Shown: in pieces, positions 25,165 to 37,237 of the stretch | How positions within the stretch are numbered: the first letter of the stretch is position 1 | Layout: the number at the start of each line of letters is the position of its first letter | From: Azolla caroliniana | Taxonomy: Eukaryota > Plantae > Polypodiophyta | DNA length: 64,000 nucleotides | Direction: 5' to 3' | Assembly: GCA_043228905.1 (NCBI GenBank) | Contig: JBHGNT010000006.1 | Location: forward strand, 8,618,001-8,682,000 | Program-made: the position numbers and the translations under genes | The notes under the pieces: model-generated | The model's database searches: none | Told to the model about the DNA's origin: nothing | Seen by the model: only the letters and a program-made list of their open reading frames with translations

Positions 25165-25720
25165 CCCCCACCCCCAATTGTCGTGTAATAAATATTTCAC
25201 GTGCGTTGTGTTGCCAGGAAGCTACACGCGCAGCGTGTGAAACGTGAGCGGGACCACCCGGGACTTGAACCAGAGAGGAATGGGTTACGTATTTTGATTG
25301 TCGTAGTTTCCGGAGGGTTTCTTCTCGATGAAGCCCCCCCACACCCCCGAAACTCCAATTGCCCCGTAACATTTCTCGTGCGTCGCAACGAAGCTACGCA
25401 CAAGCGTGTGAAACATGTGCGAGACCACTGGGGACTTTACCAAAGAGGAATGGCTTACGTATTCCGATTGTCCTGTTGGAGACTTCGAACTACTTGTCGA
25501 TATTTGTCTTAGTTTTTGGAGGGTTTCTTCTCAATGAAGCACCCCCCCCCCCCCAATTGTCTCGTAACATTTCACGTGCGTTGCCACGAAACTACGTGCA
25601 AGCGTGTGAAACGTGAGCGGGACCACCGGGGACTTGAATCAGAGAGGAATGGATTACGTATTCCAATTGTCATGTTGGAGCCTTCAGACTACCCGTCGAT
25701 ATTTGGCGTAGGGCTTCTCC
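25165..25720. repeat. Three diverged tandem units of about 180-200 bp
   Basis: Each unit: C-run, CCAATTG (25174, 25355, 25553), ATTTCACGTGCGTTG..GCGTGTGAAACGTGAGCGGGACCAC..AGAGGAATGG..TTACGTATT. Confidence 0.85.
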
Positions 25721-25848
25721 TTAATGGTTTTTGAATCATATGTGAATATTTATTTCTATGAGAAGTTAAATATTAAATAGTAGTTACCTTATTGATGAAT
25801 ATAATGCTTTTAACTCTATAGGTGTAAGGTTCAAGTCTTGCCTTAAAT

Positions 25849-25992
25849 AATTACATTTGTTTGACATATAAGGTTTGCACACACTCATATTTATTCACTA
25901 TTTGGATGATGGAACATGAGAATTACATTTGTTTGACATATAAGGTTTGCACACACTCATATTTATTCACTATCTGGATGATGGAACATGAG
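25849..25992. repeat. 72-bp tandem duplication
   Basis: 25849-25920 and 25921-25992 differ by one base. Confidence 0.95.
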
Positions 25993-27363
25993 AAGGCTTG
26001 AGATGAGGAGAATGTTCAAGGTGGAGAAAAAGCTTGGACAAGGAGAATGTTGGGAGGAAGAGAAGGCTCCAACTTCTCACCCAATGGTCGAAATCATGTT
26101 CGGAAAGACCCGACACGAACTTCGTGATGAACTCTTTCCATCTGCAGTGTGCATTTTACAAATCAATAATTCGAGGAGTCATCTTTTTGCAAATGTAGCT
26201 CCAAATCGTGTATCTCCGACTTTAAACTCCAAATCACAACCCAAAAAAATTGTCACGATCCTTAATAATAACTAGTAGCACTAGATAATGAATTTATCTT
26301 GATCCACATATGCAATGAGATTATTTGTTGCAACTTACAATAGATTACAAAATTTAACTTCATTTGGGTATCAAAAAGCAAAATACATCAAATGATTAAT
26401 ATGATCCATATATAATGAGATTATCTCAACCCATTACATGGAGTGGCTTACAAGGGGTAGATGGATAAAGAAGTTAGGGATGTACTTGTAGGATTGGTGA
26501 TAGAGCTTCGATGGGATATCCTCAAGTTTTGTTTAGAGGATCAATGAAACAACTTCCTTGCCTATTGTCATCGGTGGTCTCTTACACCCTCTTGATTCAC
26601 TACTCCATGCTCTTTCCAAATTTCAGGAACACCTCCACCTTGATCCAAAAGTTTACCCCTAAGATGAGCTCTCCTCTCCCATTTATAGATTTTAAGAGCC
26701 CTCTTACCAAATAGTGAGCTTCTTTTCGTTGCACTTGACCTTAAGACTCGACTAGTGCAAAAAGTTACATCATTTTTCGTTTTTATCCACCTTATTGTTT
26801 ACTATAAGATAGCAATCAACCTATCTCTCTTTATTGTACGAGGCGACCTTTCATTCATAGTGCAAGCTCTTTGTTGATGGAACTAAGTATTTCGTTCTTT
26901 TCATACATTTGCATTGCCCTTCAATCTTTTATATACCTTTAAATTAAACTTGTTTCCTCATGTGCATGCCTCACATAACGACGATGTACATGTAAAAGTC
27001 AAGTGGGACCACACGGAACCTAAACCATAGAAGATGGCTTTGTCAATGAAGTATGTGTGCGTACATGAATATTTATGTTCGTATGGGTGTGTACTTGTGT
27101 TCATGTGATTGTGCTTGTACATGTAATTATGTGTATATATATGTACATGTTTTTATTTAATTATGTAGATAATGTATAAACATGTGTATGTGTGTTATTT
27201 TGTCGAAGGAATATATGTAGATATGCTTATTTGTGTTTGAAAGTTCCATTTTAAAAGGGGCGCACATATATTTAGGATTTTAGAAAGTTTTCTTTTAATA
27301 TTTTATTTTATTTTTCCAAAAAAACTCCTTCCATTAGTTATAAAATTTTACAAATGAGACTAT

Positions 27364-27808
27364 TGTCAGGAACAGTACTAAGACAGAGAAGGACTTAGTA
27401 CTAAAAGAAGTATTAGTACTAGGGAGGTGAAGAACTCTCGAGAGAAGGAAAGAGTGAGTGAGAGGGAGGGAGAGAGAGAGAGACAGAGAGAGAGAGAGAG
27501 TGAGTGAGTGAGTGATGATAAGAAAAGATATATATTATGTGAAGAAAATGTACAGTAACTAGGAGGCTTAAGACTGGCGTTGAACCGATTTGGTTCGAAA
27601 TAATGCCTTGTGCCTCCTTTTATAGTGTTCTAAGGAATACTCCTGAAGTTTCTAGAATGTTCCAGAGAAATCTGGAATATACATCAATTTTCTATAATAA
27701 AACATAAATGAAAATAATATTTTACGTATTACAATGTATAATCTAATGGTCAAGAGCTCGACCCATGTAGCATAAGGTCATGGGTTCGAGTCTTGTCATA
27801 TCATGACA
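27364..27808 (-). repeat. 3' LTR of chromovirus
   Basis: Near-identical to 38561-38990 apart from microsatellite length and a few SNPs; adjacent to PPT. Confidence 0.95.
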
Positions 27809-30800
27809 CTATCCCCCCTTTAAAACGATGAGTGTAACGAGTCGTTTTGGATTGAGGACCCGGTTTGTCTGGATATTGACGATGGAAGTCTTCAAGAAGA
27901 GCACAAGCATTGGTGACATTCTCTATCGGTTCCCAAGTACGCTCGCTGGGACTATATCCTAGCCAATCGACTAGATAGTAGAGCTTGTTGCGAACAAACT
28001 TGGAATCAAGGATGGCGGCAACCTCGTACTCAGGTCCATCTTCAAGCTTGATCGGGGGTGGAGGCTATGTAATACAGCTTGGGATGGTGCTCTCTTGATA
28101 GGGTTCGAGGAGAGAACTATGAAACACCGGATGTATCCGAAGTTGTGGAGGTAGATCAAGACGAAAAGCGACATCATTAATCTTTCCTATAATACGGAAA
28201 GGACCTAATCGCCGATAATCCAACTTCTCGCATGGGCGAGTAGTCTTGATGTGTCGTCGGAGTAGCCATACATCCGCATAAACCTTGTGTGTTTGTTGAG
28301 CTTGTTGGAGATGAGTAGACAAATCCGCTTGTATCTTGCGTAACCTCTCCAAACGATCCTCTGCGCAAGGATTTGTGGACACCTCTGGGGTTTCAAGTAC
28401 ACACCACCGGGGGTGACATCCCGTATAAGCATAAAATGGTGTAACTTTCGTGGATGCGTGGATAGAGTTGTTATAGGCAAATTCGGCGAAGTGGAGAATA
28501 TCTGCCCAGTCATCCTGATGATAGCTGAGAAAGCACCGCAAATACTGCTCCAACGTTTGATTGGTTCGTTCGGCTTGGCCGTCGGTTTGTGGGTGGTAGC
28601 CGGAGGAGAGGTTACAACTGACCTTGAGCATGTTAAAAAGGTGCTTCCAGAATTTTGACACGAACTGGGGTCCACGGTCGCTGATGATACTATCGGGAAG
28701 TCCATGATGCCGACATACTTCACGCATGACAATTTCGGCAGTGTCTTCACTGGAGATCTCCTTAGTACATGGCAAGAAATGAGCCATCTTCGTATATCGA
28801 TCGACTACCGTTAGAATCGCATTGAACCCCTTAGAGACTGGAAGATCTGTGATGAAGTCTAGAGCAATGGACTGCCACGGCTTGCTTGGAATTGGTAATG
28901 GTTCTAATAAACCATATGGATGATGCCTTGGCATTTTTGCTCTGCAACATGTATCACAAGTCCAAACAAAATCCTCGACAAATTGTCGCATATAGGGCCA
29001 CCAGAATGATCGTTGTACTAAATGTAGTGTTTTAGTACTACCAAAATGCCCAGCTGTATATGTGTCATGACAGTTTTGTACTACTTGAAGGCGGCAAGAA
29101 CCATTAGGAACATACAAAAGTTCTTTAAAGAAGAGTAATCCATCATGGTATTTCAATTGCCGATAGTCCATACCTGGTGGTTGCGACTGTGAACACGACG
29201 CTCGAGAGGGATCAATTTGTGCTAGTATAGCTTGGGCGAACGCATCTGTCTTCAAGTCTTCGCGTATGGTATCGATAACGCGGGAATCTATGGGCATGTC
29301 AAAGATCTGTGTTGCTTGTAGTCGTGCCGGTCCCAAGATGACTTGTTTTTGGTTATCGGAAGCTGGCTCGCCGAGACGGGGTGCTAGATACGAACACCGT
29401 GATAATGCATCTGCCTTCCCTTGGTGCTTCCCCGGACGATATGTAATTTTGAAGTCGAAACGCGTGAGGAAGTGGGCCCACCGAGCTTGACGTCGATTCA
29501 ACACACGAGCATCCTGAAAGTAGGCAAGGTTCTTGTGGTCACTAAATACGGTGACTGGATGAGAGGATCCCTCCAGAAAATGCCTCCATTGCATAAAAGA
29601 ATCCACTATTGCCAATAGCTCCTTATCATGAATTTCGTAGTTGATTCCGGTGGTGTCAAACTTGCGTGAGTGAAAGGATGTAGCTTCTCATCATTCCCCT
29701 GTTGTGACAGAATGCTACCCAATGCAAAATCCGATGCGTCAGCTTCGATAATGAATGGTTTTTCCGGATCGACATGAGCTAGAATTGGAGCCGAGGTAAA
29801 TGCCTTTTTAAGACTCTCGAAATCCACATCCGTTTCTTCAGACCAGATGAACGGTTGTCCCTTCCTGGTAAGTTATGTGAGAGGTAGAACGATCTTTGAG
29901 TAATCTTGTATGAACTTCCGGTAAAAATTGGCAAAGCCTAGGAAGCATTGCACATCTCGCACCGAACGTGGAGTCTGCCATTCTACCACCGTTTTAATCT
30001 TAGCTGGGTCCATGGAGATGCCTTCTGATGAAATGATGTAGCCGAGAAATTCCACTTGGTTGCATCCGAAACTACATTTTTCCAGCTTTGCATACAGACC
30101 ATGTTCTCGAAGTCGTTTTAGTACTAATAGTACATGAGAATCATGTTCTTCTTGGGTCTTTGAATAAACCAGTAGATCATCCAAATAGATGATCAAACAA
30201 TCATCCAAAAGATCTCGGAATATATCATTAGCCATGTGCTGGAAGATTGTCGGTGCATTAGTGAGGCCGAACGGCATGACCGTATACTCGAAGTGCCCAT
30301 ATCTGGTGCGAAACGCGGTCTTCCATTCGTCTCCTGGTCGGATCCGTACGAGGTTATATGCTCCCCGTAAGTCAATCTTCGTGAAGAACCTGGCACCATT
30401 GATCCGTTCTAAAAGACTTGAGATAAGGGGAAGAGCATACCTATTCCTGATTGTAACCTTATTCAGGCCACGGTAATCTACAACGAGACGAAGCGATCCA
30501 TCCTTTTTCTTGACGAAGAAAATGGGCGCGCCCACTGGAGATTTCGAATGCCGGATGAAACCATTTTCCAAATTCTCCTCTATATAGGCCCGAAGGACTT
30601 CCAGCTTGGTTGGTGACAAATTGTAGATCGGTCCCCATGGCGGCTCTTTTCCCGGTTGTAAATCGATGGGGCAATCGTACGGTCGATGATGAGGAAGTGT
30701 GTTGGCTTGTACTTTATCGAACACATCGGCGTAATGACGATACTTCTCGGGAAGTTGAACGGTGGATTCTTCTTTAGTGGTGCTGGAGGGGTTTACTGAT

Positions 30801-31351
30801 ATTGCAAAGAGGAACATTTCCTCCTTGTGCCCTTCTTTACGCAACTGACGTAGCGAAATGGTTGCCATCTTTTGAGTTGACCCTTGGGTTTGTCGACACC
30901 GGATTTCTCTTGTTCTTCAATCTATGTCTGGGTTATGTAACTCGAACCACAGTAATCCTAAAACTATGGGATGTTCTGGGATACTAATAATATTAAATGA
31001 TACTACACATGCTAAGTTATCTAGGACAATATTAATGGACTCTTACTCTTCTATGATATTTCCGGAAGCAATGGGACGTCCATCAATGACTACTACAGAG
31101 GCTGGACACTGGAGTTTTCTTAGGGATATCTTATGAGCTTGAGCAAATTTCTTATCCATAAAGCAAGAGTTAGCTCCGGAATCTAGGAGTGCTAGGACAT
31201 GTACTGGAGGGGTACTTTTAGTACTAACTATTACTTGGGCTACGAACACATCACTAACTTGCTTAGAGGGAATGGAACCACTAATGGGCTGCACAGATCT
31301 AGGGCTGTCCAACCAAACAGCTCCTATTTTGGCTGGACTTAGTCGTTTAAC
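27809..31351 (-). pseudogene. pol: gypsy pol (PR-RT-RH-IN-chromodomain), disrupted
   Basis: ORF pieces 31043-31312, 29873-30868, 29606-29827, 28065-29615 plus chromodomain ending RFKGG* at 27809; premature stops and frameshifts. Confidence 0.9.
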
Positions 31352-32836
31352 TCTTCTTCTAACTGACTAAGGACATCAAATTTGTTCGCTAGATCTGGGC
31401 TATTAGTACTATTAGGACTATCAGATATCCCTACTGAAATAGGCTCAGGTTTAGTACAATTAGAACTAACGACTATTTGGTTTACCTGTCTTCTTGGCCT
31501 ATGGGGGCAATTTATTGCAATATGTCCTGGTCCACCGCAGTAAAGACATAGTCGATTTGTACGGCGTCGTTGCTTTTCTTCTTTGGATAATGGCCCTCGA
31601 CGACGTGTAGTGTCAATCTCCATCGGAGTCGGAGTATTCGCTGGAGGCACATTATATGACTCCCTCGGAAAAGGTCTTGCTACCACTGAGGCGTAGGTGG
31701 GCTCTGATCTTGCCCTCGGCATCTGTAGCTGTCGTTCCGAACGTCGCTCAAAGAGGCGGTTGTCACATCTCACCGCGCGACTGATTGCTTCTGTTAAGGA
31801 CTTTGGCTCTTCGGGGAAGGTCAAGAGTAAATCCTTGACATCATTGTGTAAACCATAACGGAATTGCTCCATCAACGCTTGATCATCCCAAGGGATATCG
31901 GCGGCGAGTAGGCGAAAATCTGCAGCGTATGCGGAGGCTGGACGGTCACCTTGGCGTAATCGCCGAATTTTGTTGATTGCGGTCCTGATGCTGTCAGTAT
32001 CTCTGAAACATGCTTTAAACTCACCTAGAAACTCTTCAAAATTGTTGAGTAACGGAGATTCCTTTTCTAATAGTGGAGCGAACCATGCCAACGCTGAGCC
32101 ACTTAACAAAGTGCCTACTAAACCCACTCGTGATGCATCGGTGGGATACCGGGAAGGATGCATTTGAATAACTAATTGTACCTGGTTAAGGAACCCTCTA
32201 AACTGCGATCGCGTTCCATCGAACTTCGTGGGAAGGCCAATCTTGGGTTCTTTATGAATCCCTTGTGTTCCGGGCCCTTGTTGTTGCATCGCTACGATGG
32301 TTGCTTCGAGTTGTTGCACGCGTAACGCAAGTTCCCCATGATGTTGTTGCGTTTGCTGCTTTTCTAAGGAGATTTGCTGAAAAACCTTTCGCCTCTCGGC
32401 CACAACCGAGACAACATGGATCAATGCAGCAGAAAATGGGAAAAAGACACAGAGAGACGAATACACAGGGTATAACGTGGAAAACCCTAAACGGGAAAAA
32501 CCACGGGAGTGCACGACTCCAACTATCACTATACACTGGAATATACAATGGCGAGCTGCAAGGCGACGACCTTGAGCTCGCTGTCCTCGCCACAGGCGGC
32601 GGTATTACACAGAGGCGTCGACCTCTTCGTTTCTATCTCTCTCTCTCGGCTGCTCTCACTTCTCATGAAAAATAAGCAACAACATTATAACTGTTTGCCC
32701 TAAGTCATATTTATACATATATGACTTTCGGGATATTTACAAATATAGCCTCAAGGGCTCTTAGCAAACATATTCACAAATATGTCCCTGCATCCGGATC
32801 TCTCTCCGGGTACATTCGTCATCCGGCTCCGTAGCC

Positions 32837-33078
32837 GGGGTCTTCATCATCCGGATCCGTATCCGGGTACTCTTCATCCGGCTTCATGCCGGGTACTCTT
32901 CATCATCCGGATCCGTATCCGGGTACTCTTCATCCGGCTTCATGCCGGGTACTCTTCATCATCCGGATCCGTATCCGGGTACTCTTCATCCGGCTTCATG
33001 CCGGGTACTCTTCATCATCCGGATCCGCATCCGGGTACTCTTCATCCGGCTTCATGCCGGGTACTCTTCATCATCCGG
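32837..33078. repeat. 56-bp CCGG-rich tandem array in copia U3 (copy in 3' LTR)
   Basis: About 4.3 units of GGGTACTCTTCATCATCCGGATCCGTATCCGGGTACTCTTCATCCGGCTTCATGCC. Confidence 0.9.
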
Positions 33079-33160
33079 TTCCGTAACCGCAACCGGGCTT
33101 GCCGTCATTCATCTCCGGACATCCCATCCGGAGGGACCGTAATCCCAACAAACTCCCCCT

Positions 33161-36100
33161 TCACTTCGGCATGGGATGTCTCTCTAATCCGATCCTCTTT
33201 CGGCATGCTTCCAGCTTGTCGGGTGTAAGTACCTTGGTCAGCATATCCGACCCGTTCTCGTCCGTGTGGATCTTCGTCAGCACGAACTCCTTGTCTTCTA
33301 TCCTTTCCCGGATCCAGTGGTATCTACGCTGGATGTGTTTCGTCCGGGAATGGTAGGCCGCGTTCTTCGCAAGGTGGATGACACTCTGACTGTCGCAGTA
33401 GAGTCGGTACTCCTCCTGTTGGATACCGAGCTCTCTAATGAAGTCCTTCATCCATATTATTTCCTTGCCGGCTTCAACAGCTGCCATGTACTCCGCCTCC
33501 GTGGTTGACAACGCAACCGTCTTCTGCAGCCTCGACTGCCACGAAACGGCTCCCCCTGCATAGGTCATCACATACCCTGATGTGGACCGGCTGGTATCTG
33601 CATCAGCCGACATATCCGAATCGGTGAAGCCGTCGAGTTGGGGCTTACCGGAGCCGAATCGGAGGCACACGTTTGCCGTGCCCTTCAGGTATCGGAGTAT
33701 CCACTTGACCGCGTTCCAATGCTCTTTGCCGGGATTGCTCATGTACCGGCTCACCACTCCGACTGCATATCCTATGTCCGGTCTCGTACACACCATGGCG
33801 TACATCAAGCTCCCGACGGCTGAGGCATATGACACTTTCATCATATCCTCCTTTTCAGCCTTTGTCTTGGGACTTTGCTTGCTGGACAACTTGCAGTTTG
33901 CCGGGAGGGTCGACCCGACCGGTCTTGCTTCCGACATGTTGAACCGGTGAAGCACCTTTGTCACGTACTTCTCCTGTGACAGCCACAACTGCTTCTTCTT
34001 CCGGTCCCGGATGATGTGCATCCCTAGTATTTGCCTCGCCGGACCCAAGTCCTTCATTGAGAAGGTTCGCTGAAGAGCCTTCTTCAGCATCCGTATCTTG
34101 ACCTGGTCCCGTCCGACGATCAACATGTCGTCCACGTACAGGAGGAGTATTAGAAAGTCTCCTCCCTCGAACTTCTTCACAAACACGCAGTGATCGGACT
34201 GCGTTTTGTGGTACCCTTCGTCGGTCATGAAAGAGTCGAACTTCCGGTACCATTGCCGGGGAGCCTGCTTCAGTCCGTAAAGGCTCTTCTTCAACCGGCA
34301 TACCAGGTGCTCCTTCCCTTTCTTCTCGAATCCTTCCGGTTGCTGCATGTATATCTCTTCTTCGAGGTCACCGTGAAGGAATGCCGTCTTCACGTCCATC
34401 TGTTCTACCTCGAGGTCCTTGCTTGCCGCTATGCTCAGCACCGTCCGGATGGAGGTCATCTTCACTACCGGGGCAAATATCTCGTCGAAGTCGACGCCCT
34501 TCTTCTGCTGGAACCCCTTCACCACGATCCTGGCTTTGTATCTCGGGGAGTTTCCGGCATCTCCCGGTTTCAGCTTGAACACCCACTTGTTTCGAAGTGC
34601 CCGCTTTCCTTTCGGCAACTCCACAAGTTCATATGTGTGGTTCTCATGCAGGGAATCCATCTCCTCCTGCATGGCACTTAACCACCTGCGGCTCTGGGTG
34701 TCGTGCTTTGCTTCTTCAAAGCTCTCCGGCTCCCCCTCGTCGGTTAGCAGCACGTGCTCTGGTTCCGGAAATCTCCGGGGGGCCCTTCTCTCTCTTAGAG
34801 GATATCTCCGTTCGGGAGCTTCGGTAACCGGTTCTTCCGATTCTTCTTCTTCATCCGAATTCATTTCGGGATCGGGGCCGGTTCCGGTATCATTTTCATC
34901 TTCTTCGGCCGGTTCTGTTTCTTCACCGTCTTCGGCCGGGTCTTCGAGTGTTAACCGGTCCCTTGCCGGTCGGGACTGCTCCTCGTAGAGTTTATCCTCA
35001 CCGGTCGACTTGGAGCTCTTCATCTTCTTCTCCGACTCCCAGTCGGCGAGCGTCTTGTCCTCCATGAAGATGATATCTCGACTCCTGAATATCTTCTTGT
35101 CGACCGGGTCCCATACTCGGTAGCCGAACTCGTCGTCACCGTAACCGAGGAATATGCATGGCCGGGTCTTTGGATCTAACTTTCCTCTCCGGTCCTTTGC
35201 CACATGCACATATGCGAGACACCCGAACACCTTCAGATGCCGGTAGGACACTTCCTTACCGGTCCACACTTTCTGCGGCGTGTCTCCGTCCAAAGGTACT
35301 GAGGGTGATCGGTTTATCACATATGTCGCCGTCGACATTGCCTCAGCCCAAAACCCCTTGGGTAATTTCGCATGCGCCAGCATACTCCGGACCCTCTCCA
35401 TTATGGTCCGGTTCATCCTCTCGGCCAGCCCGTTCAGTTCCGGCGTCTTCGGCACAGTAAACTCGAGTCGGATTCCCTTCGAGCGACAGTACTCCTGGAA
35501 CTGCCCCCGGTATTCCCCTCCGTTATCCGCTCGTATCGCTTTCAGCTTCTTGCCGGATTCCCTTTCCACTCTCGCGTGGAGTTCTTTGAAGACGCCCAAC
35601 ACTTGGTCCTTTGTCTTCAACGGCGCCGTCCACAGCTTCCGGCTGTGGTCATCAATGAATGTCACGAAGTACTGGGCTCTGCCATGTGACTTCGTTTCTA
35701 CTTGACACACGTCAGTGTGCACCAGCTCCAATGGTGCACTACGTCTCGTCGGTGGCCTTGAGTGGAAGGAGGTCCGGTTTTGCTTACCGGCCAGGCAGTC
35801 GGTGCACTTCTCCAGGTGCACATGCTTCACTGGAATAAGGTTGTCTTCTGCAAGCCTCTTCATCCCCTTCTCACTCATGTGGCACAGTCTCTTGTGCCAC
35901 AGCTCACCGGCAGTGTCGGCTGCCACATTCAACTCCTCCGGACATAGCCGGGAATTCATCAGGTACAGTGTGTTGATCTTCCGGGCCCGAGCCACTATCA
36001 GGCTCCCTTTGCTGAACTTCATGACACCGTTCCGGATGCTACCCGTGTAGCCTTCATCGTCTAGCCTCCCGGCCGAAATCAGGTTCAATCGAACCTCCGG

Positions 36101-37237
36101 AACGTGTCGAACATCCTTCAGCAGCATTTTGCATCCGGTCGAGGTTGTCAACCACACGTCTCCTATGCCGGCGATCCGGCACGTACCTTCATTTCCCATC
36201 CGAACACAGCCATGCTCACCGGCTGTGTAGGATGAGAAGTATCTTCTTTCCGGGGTCAGGTGGAACGACGCTCCGGAATCGACCACCCAGGTCGTCTCAT
36301 CGCCGGCAATGTTTAGCTCACCTTCTTCGGTGATGAGCATGATTTCTTCCTCACTTGCCGCGAGTGCCGTCGTTCCTTTCCGGTCCTGCCCTCGCCGATC
36401 CGGACCTCTCCGGTCCGTGGCTCCCCGGTATGCACCGTTTCTCTCCGGTGACTTCTTCAAATCGGTGTCGTCGGCTCCGTTGTCCTTTTGGTAATGCCGA
36501 CAATTCTTCCGGAAGTGCCCCGGCTTCCCACAGTGGAAGCATGTGGGTCTTCCTCTTGACTGCGACCGGGTCCCCGACTTCTCCCGTCTTTGTGGACTCC
36601 GGTTCCATTGTCTTCCCCGTTCCGATTCGGTAAGCAGCGCCTTCGAGTCGGAGGCCGGTGCTTTATCTCTCCGACGCGCTTCTTCGTTCAAAATACTTGT
36701 CTTTACTGTTTGTAGGGACAAGTTATCTTCGGTGCAGGAGGTGCTGAGGGTCACCACCAAGTTCTCCCAGCTGTCCGGCAATGTACACATCAGGATGATG
36801 GCTTGCATGGCATCCTCCAACGGGAACTTGATCGCCGCAAGCTGGTTCACGAATCCCATGAACGTGCTTACGTGTTCCACCATACTCTCGCCGTCCCGGT
36901 ACTTGAGGTTCACTATCTTTCTCATCAGGGAGGTCCGGTTTAACGCATTCTTCCTCTCATAGAGGCCCGACAGCTTCTTCCACATCTCATAGGCGTTCGT
37001 ATCGTTCGCCACATGTTGCAGGACACTTACATCGACATATTGCCGGATCGTCGCTACGGCTTTCCGGTTCAGGAGCTTCCACTCCGACTCTATTACCCCC
37101 TTGGGTATCTCGGCATTGTCGATCGGTTCGTACAGGTCTCGGACGATGAGAAGGTCTTCCATCTTTATCTTCCAGTCGGCGTAGTTCTGTGAGTTCAACA
37201 CCATCATGCCCGGAGGCCCACTACCGCCGCCTTCCAT
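33161..37237 (-). CDS. Copia Gag-Pol polyprotein, 1358 aa, uninterrupted
   Basis: CFHCGKPGHFRKNC, WVVDSGAS, WHKRLCH..CTDC, VHTDVC..DNGGEY..AERMN, LYVDD, FTDSD..LSTTEAEY..CDSQS. Confidence 0.95.
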   Translation of the reverse strand: MEGGGSGPPGMMVLNSQNYADWKIKMEDLLIVRDLYEPIDNAEIPKGVIESEWKLLNRKAVATIRQYVDVSVLQHVANDTNAYEMWKKLSGLYERKNALNRTSLMRKIVNLKYRDGESMVEHVSTFMGFVNQLAAIKFPLEDAMQAIILMCTLPDSWENLVVTLSTSCTEDNLSLQTVKTSILNEEARRRDKAPASDSKALLTESERGRQWNRSPQRREKSGTRSQSRGRPTCFHCGKPGHFRKNCRHYQKDNGADDTDLKKSPERNGAYRGATDRRGPDRRGQDRKGTTALAASEEEIMLITEEGELNIAGDETTWVVDSGASFHLTPERRYFSSYTAGEHGCVRMGNEGTCRIAGIGDVWLTTSTGCKMLLKDVRHVPEVRLNLISAGRLDDEGYTGSIRNGVMKFSKGSLIVARARKINTLYLMNSRLCPEELNVAADTAGELWHKRLCHMSEKGMKRLAEDNLIPVKHVHLEKCTDCLAGKQNRTSFHSRPPTRRSAPLELVHTDVCQVETKSHGRAQYFVTFIDDHSRKLWTAPLKTKDQVLGVFKELHARVERESGKKLKAIRADNGGEYRGQFQEYCRSKGIRLEFTVPKTPELNGLAERMNRTIMERVRSMLAHAKLPKGFWAEAMSTATYVINRSPSVPLDGDTPQKVWTGKEVSYRHLKVFGCLAYVHVAKDRRGKLDPKTRPCIFLGYGDDEFGYRVWDPVDKKIFRSRDIIFMEDKTLADWESEKKMKSSKSTGEDKLYEEQSRPARDRLTLEDPAEDGEETEPAEEDENDTGTGPDPEMNSDEEEESEEPVTEAPERRYPLRERRAPRRFPEPEHVLLTDEGEPESFEEAKHDTQSRRWLSAMQEEMDSLHENHTYELVELPKGKRALRNKWVFKLKPGDAGNSPRYKARIVVKGFQQKKGVDFDEIFAPVVKMTSIRTVLSIAASKDLEVEQMDVKTAFLHGDLEEEIYMQQPEGFEKKGKEHLVCRLKKSLYGLKQAPRQWYRKFDSFMTDEGYHKTQSDHCVFVKKFEGGDFLILLLYVDDMLIVGRDQVKIRMLKKALQRTFSMKDLGPARQILGMHIIRDRKKKQLWLSQEKYVTKVLHRFNMSEARPVGSTLPANCKLSSKQSPKTKAEKEDMMKVSYASAVGSLMYAMVCTRPDIGYAVGVVSRYMSNPGKEHWNAVKWILRYLKGTANVCLRFGSGKPQLDGFTDSDMSADADTSRSTSGYVMTYAGGAVSWQSRLQKTVALSTTEAEYMAAVEAGKEIIWMKDFIRELGIQQEEYRLYCDSQSVIHLAKNAAYHSRTKHIQRRYHWIRERIEDKEFVLTKIHTDENGSDMLTKVLTPDKLEACRKRIGLERHPMPK

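Noticed and set aside
32837-33078. Regular repeats resembling a CRISPR array
   Set aside because: Head-to-tail 56-bp units without unique spacers, inside a eukaryotic LTR, no cas genes
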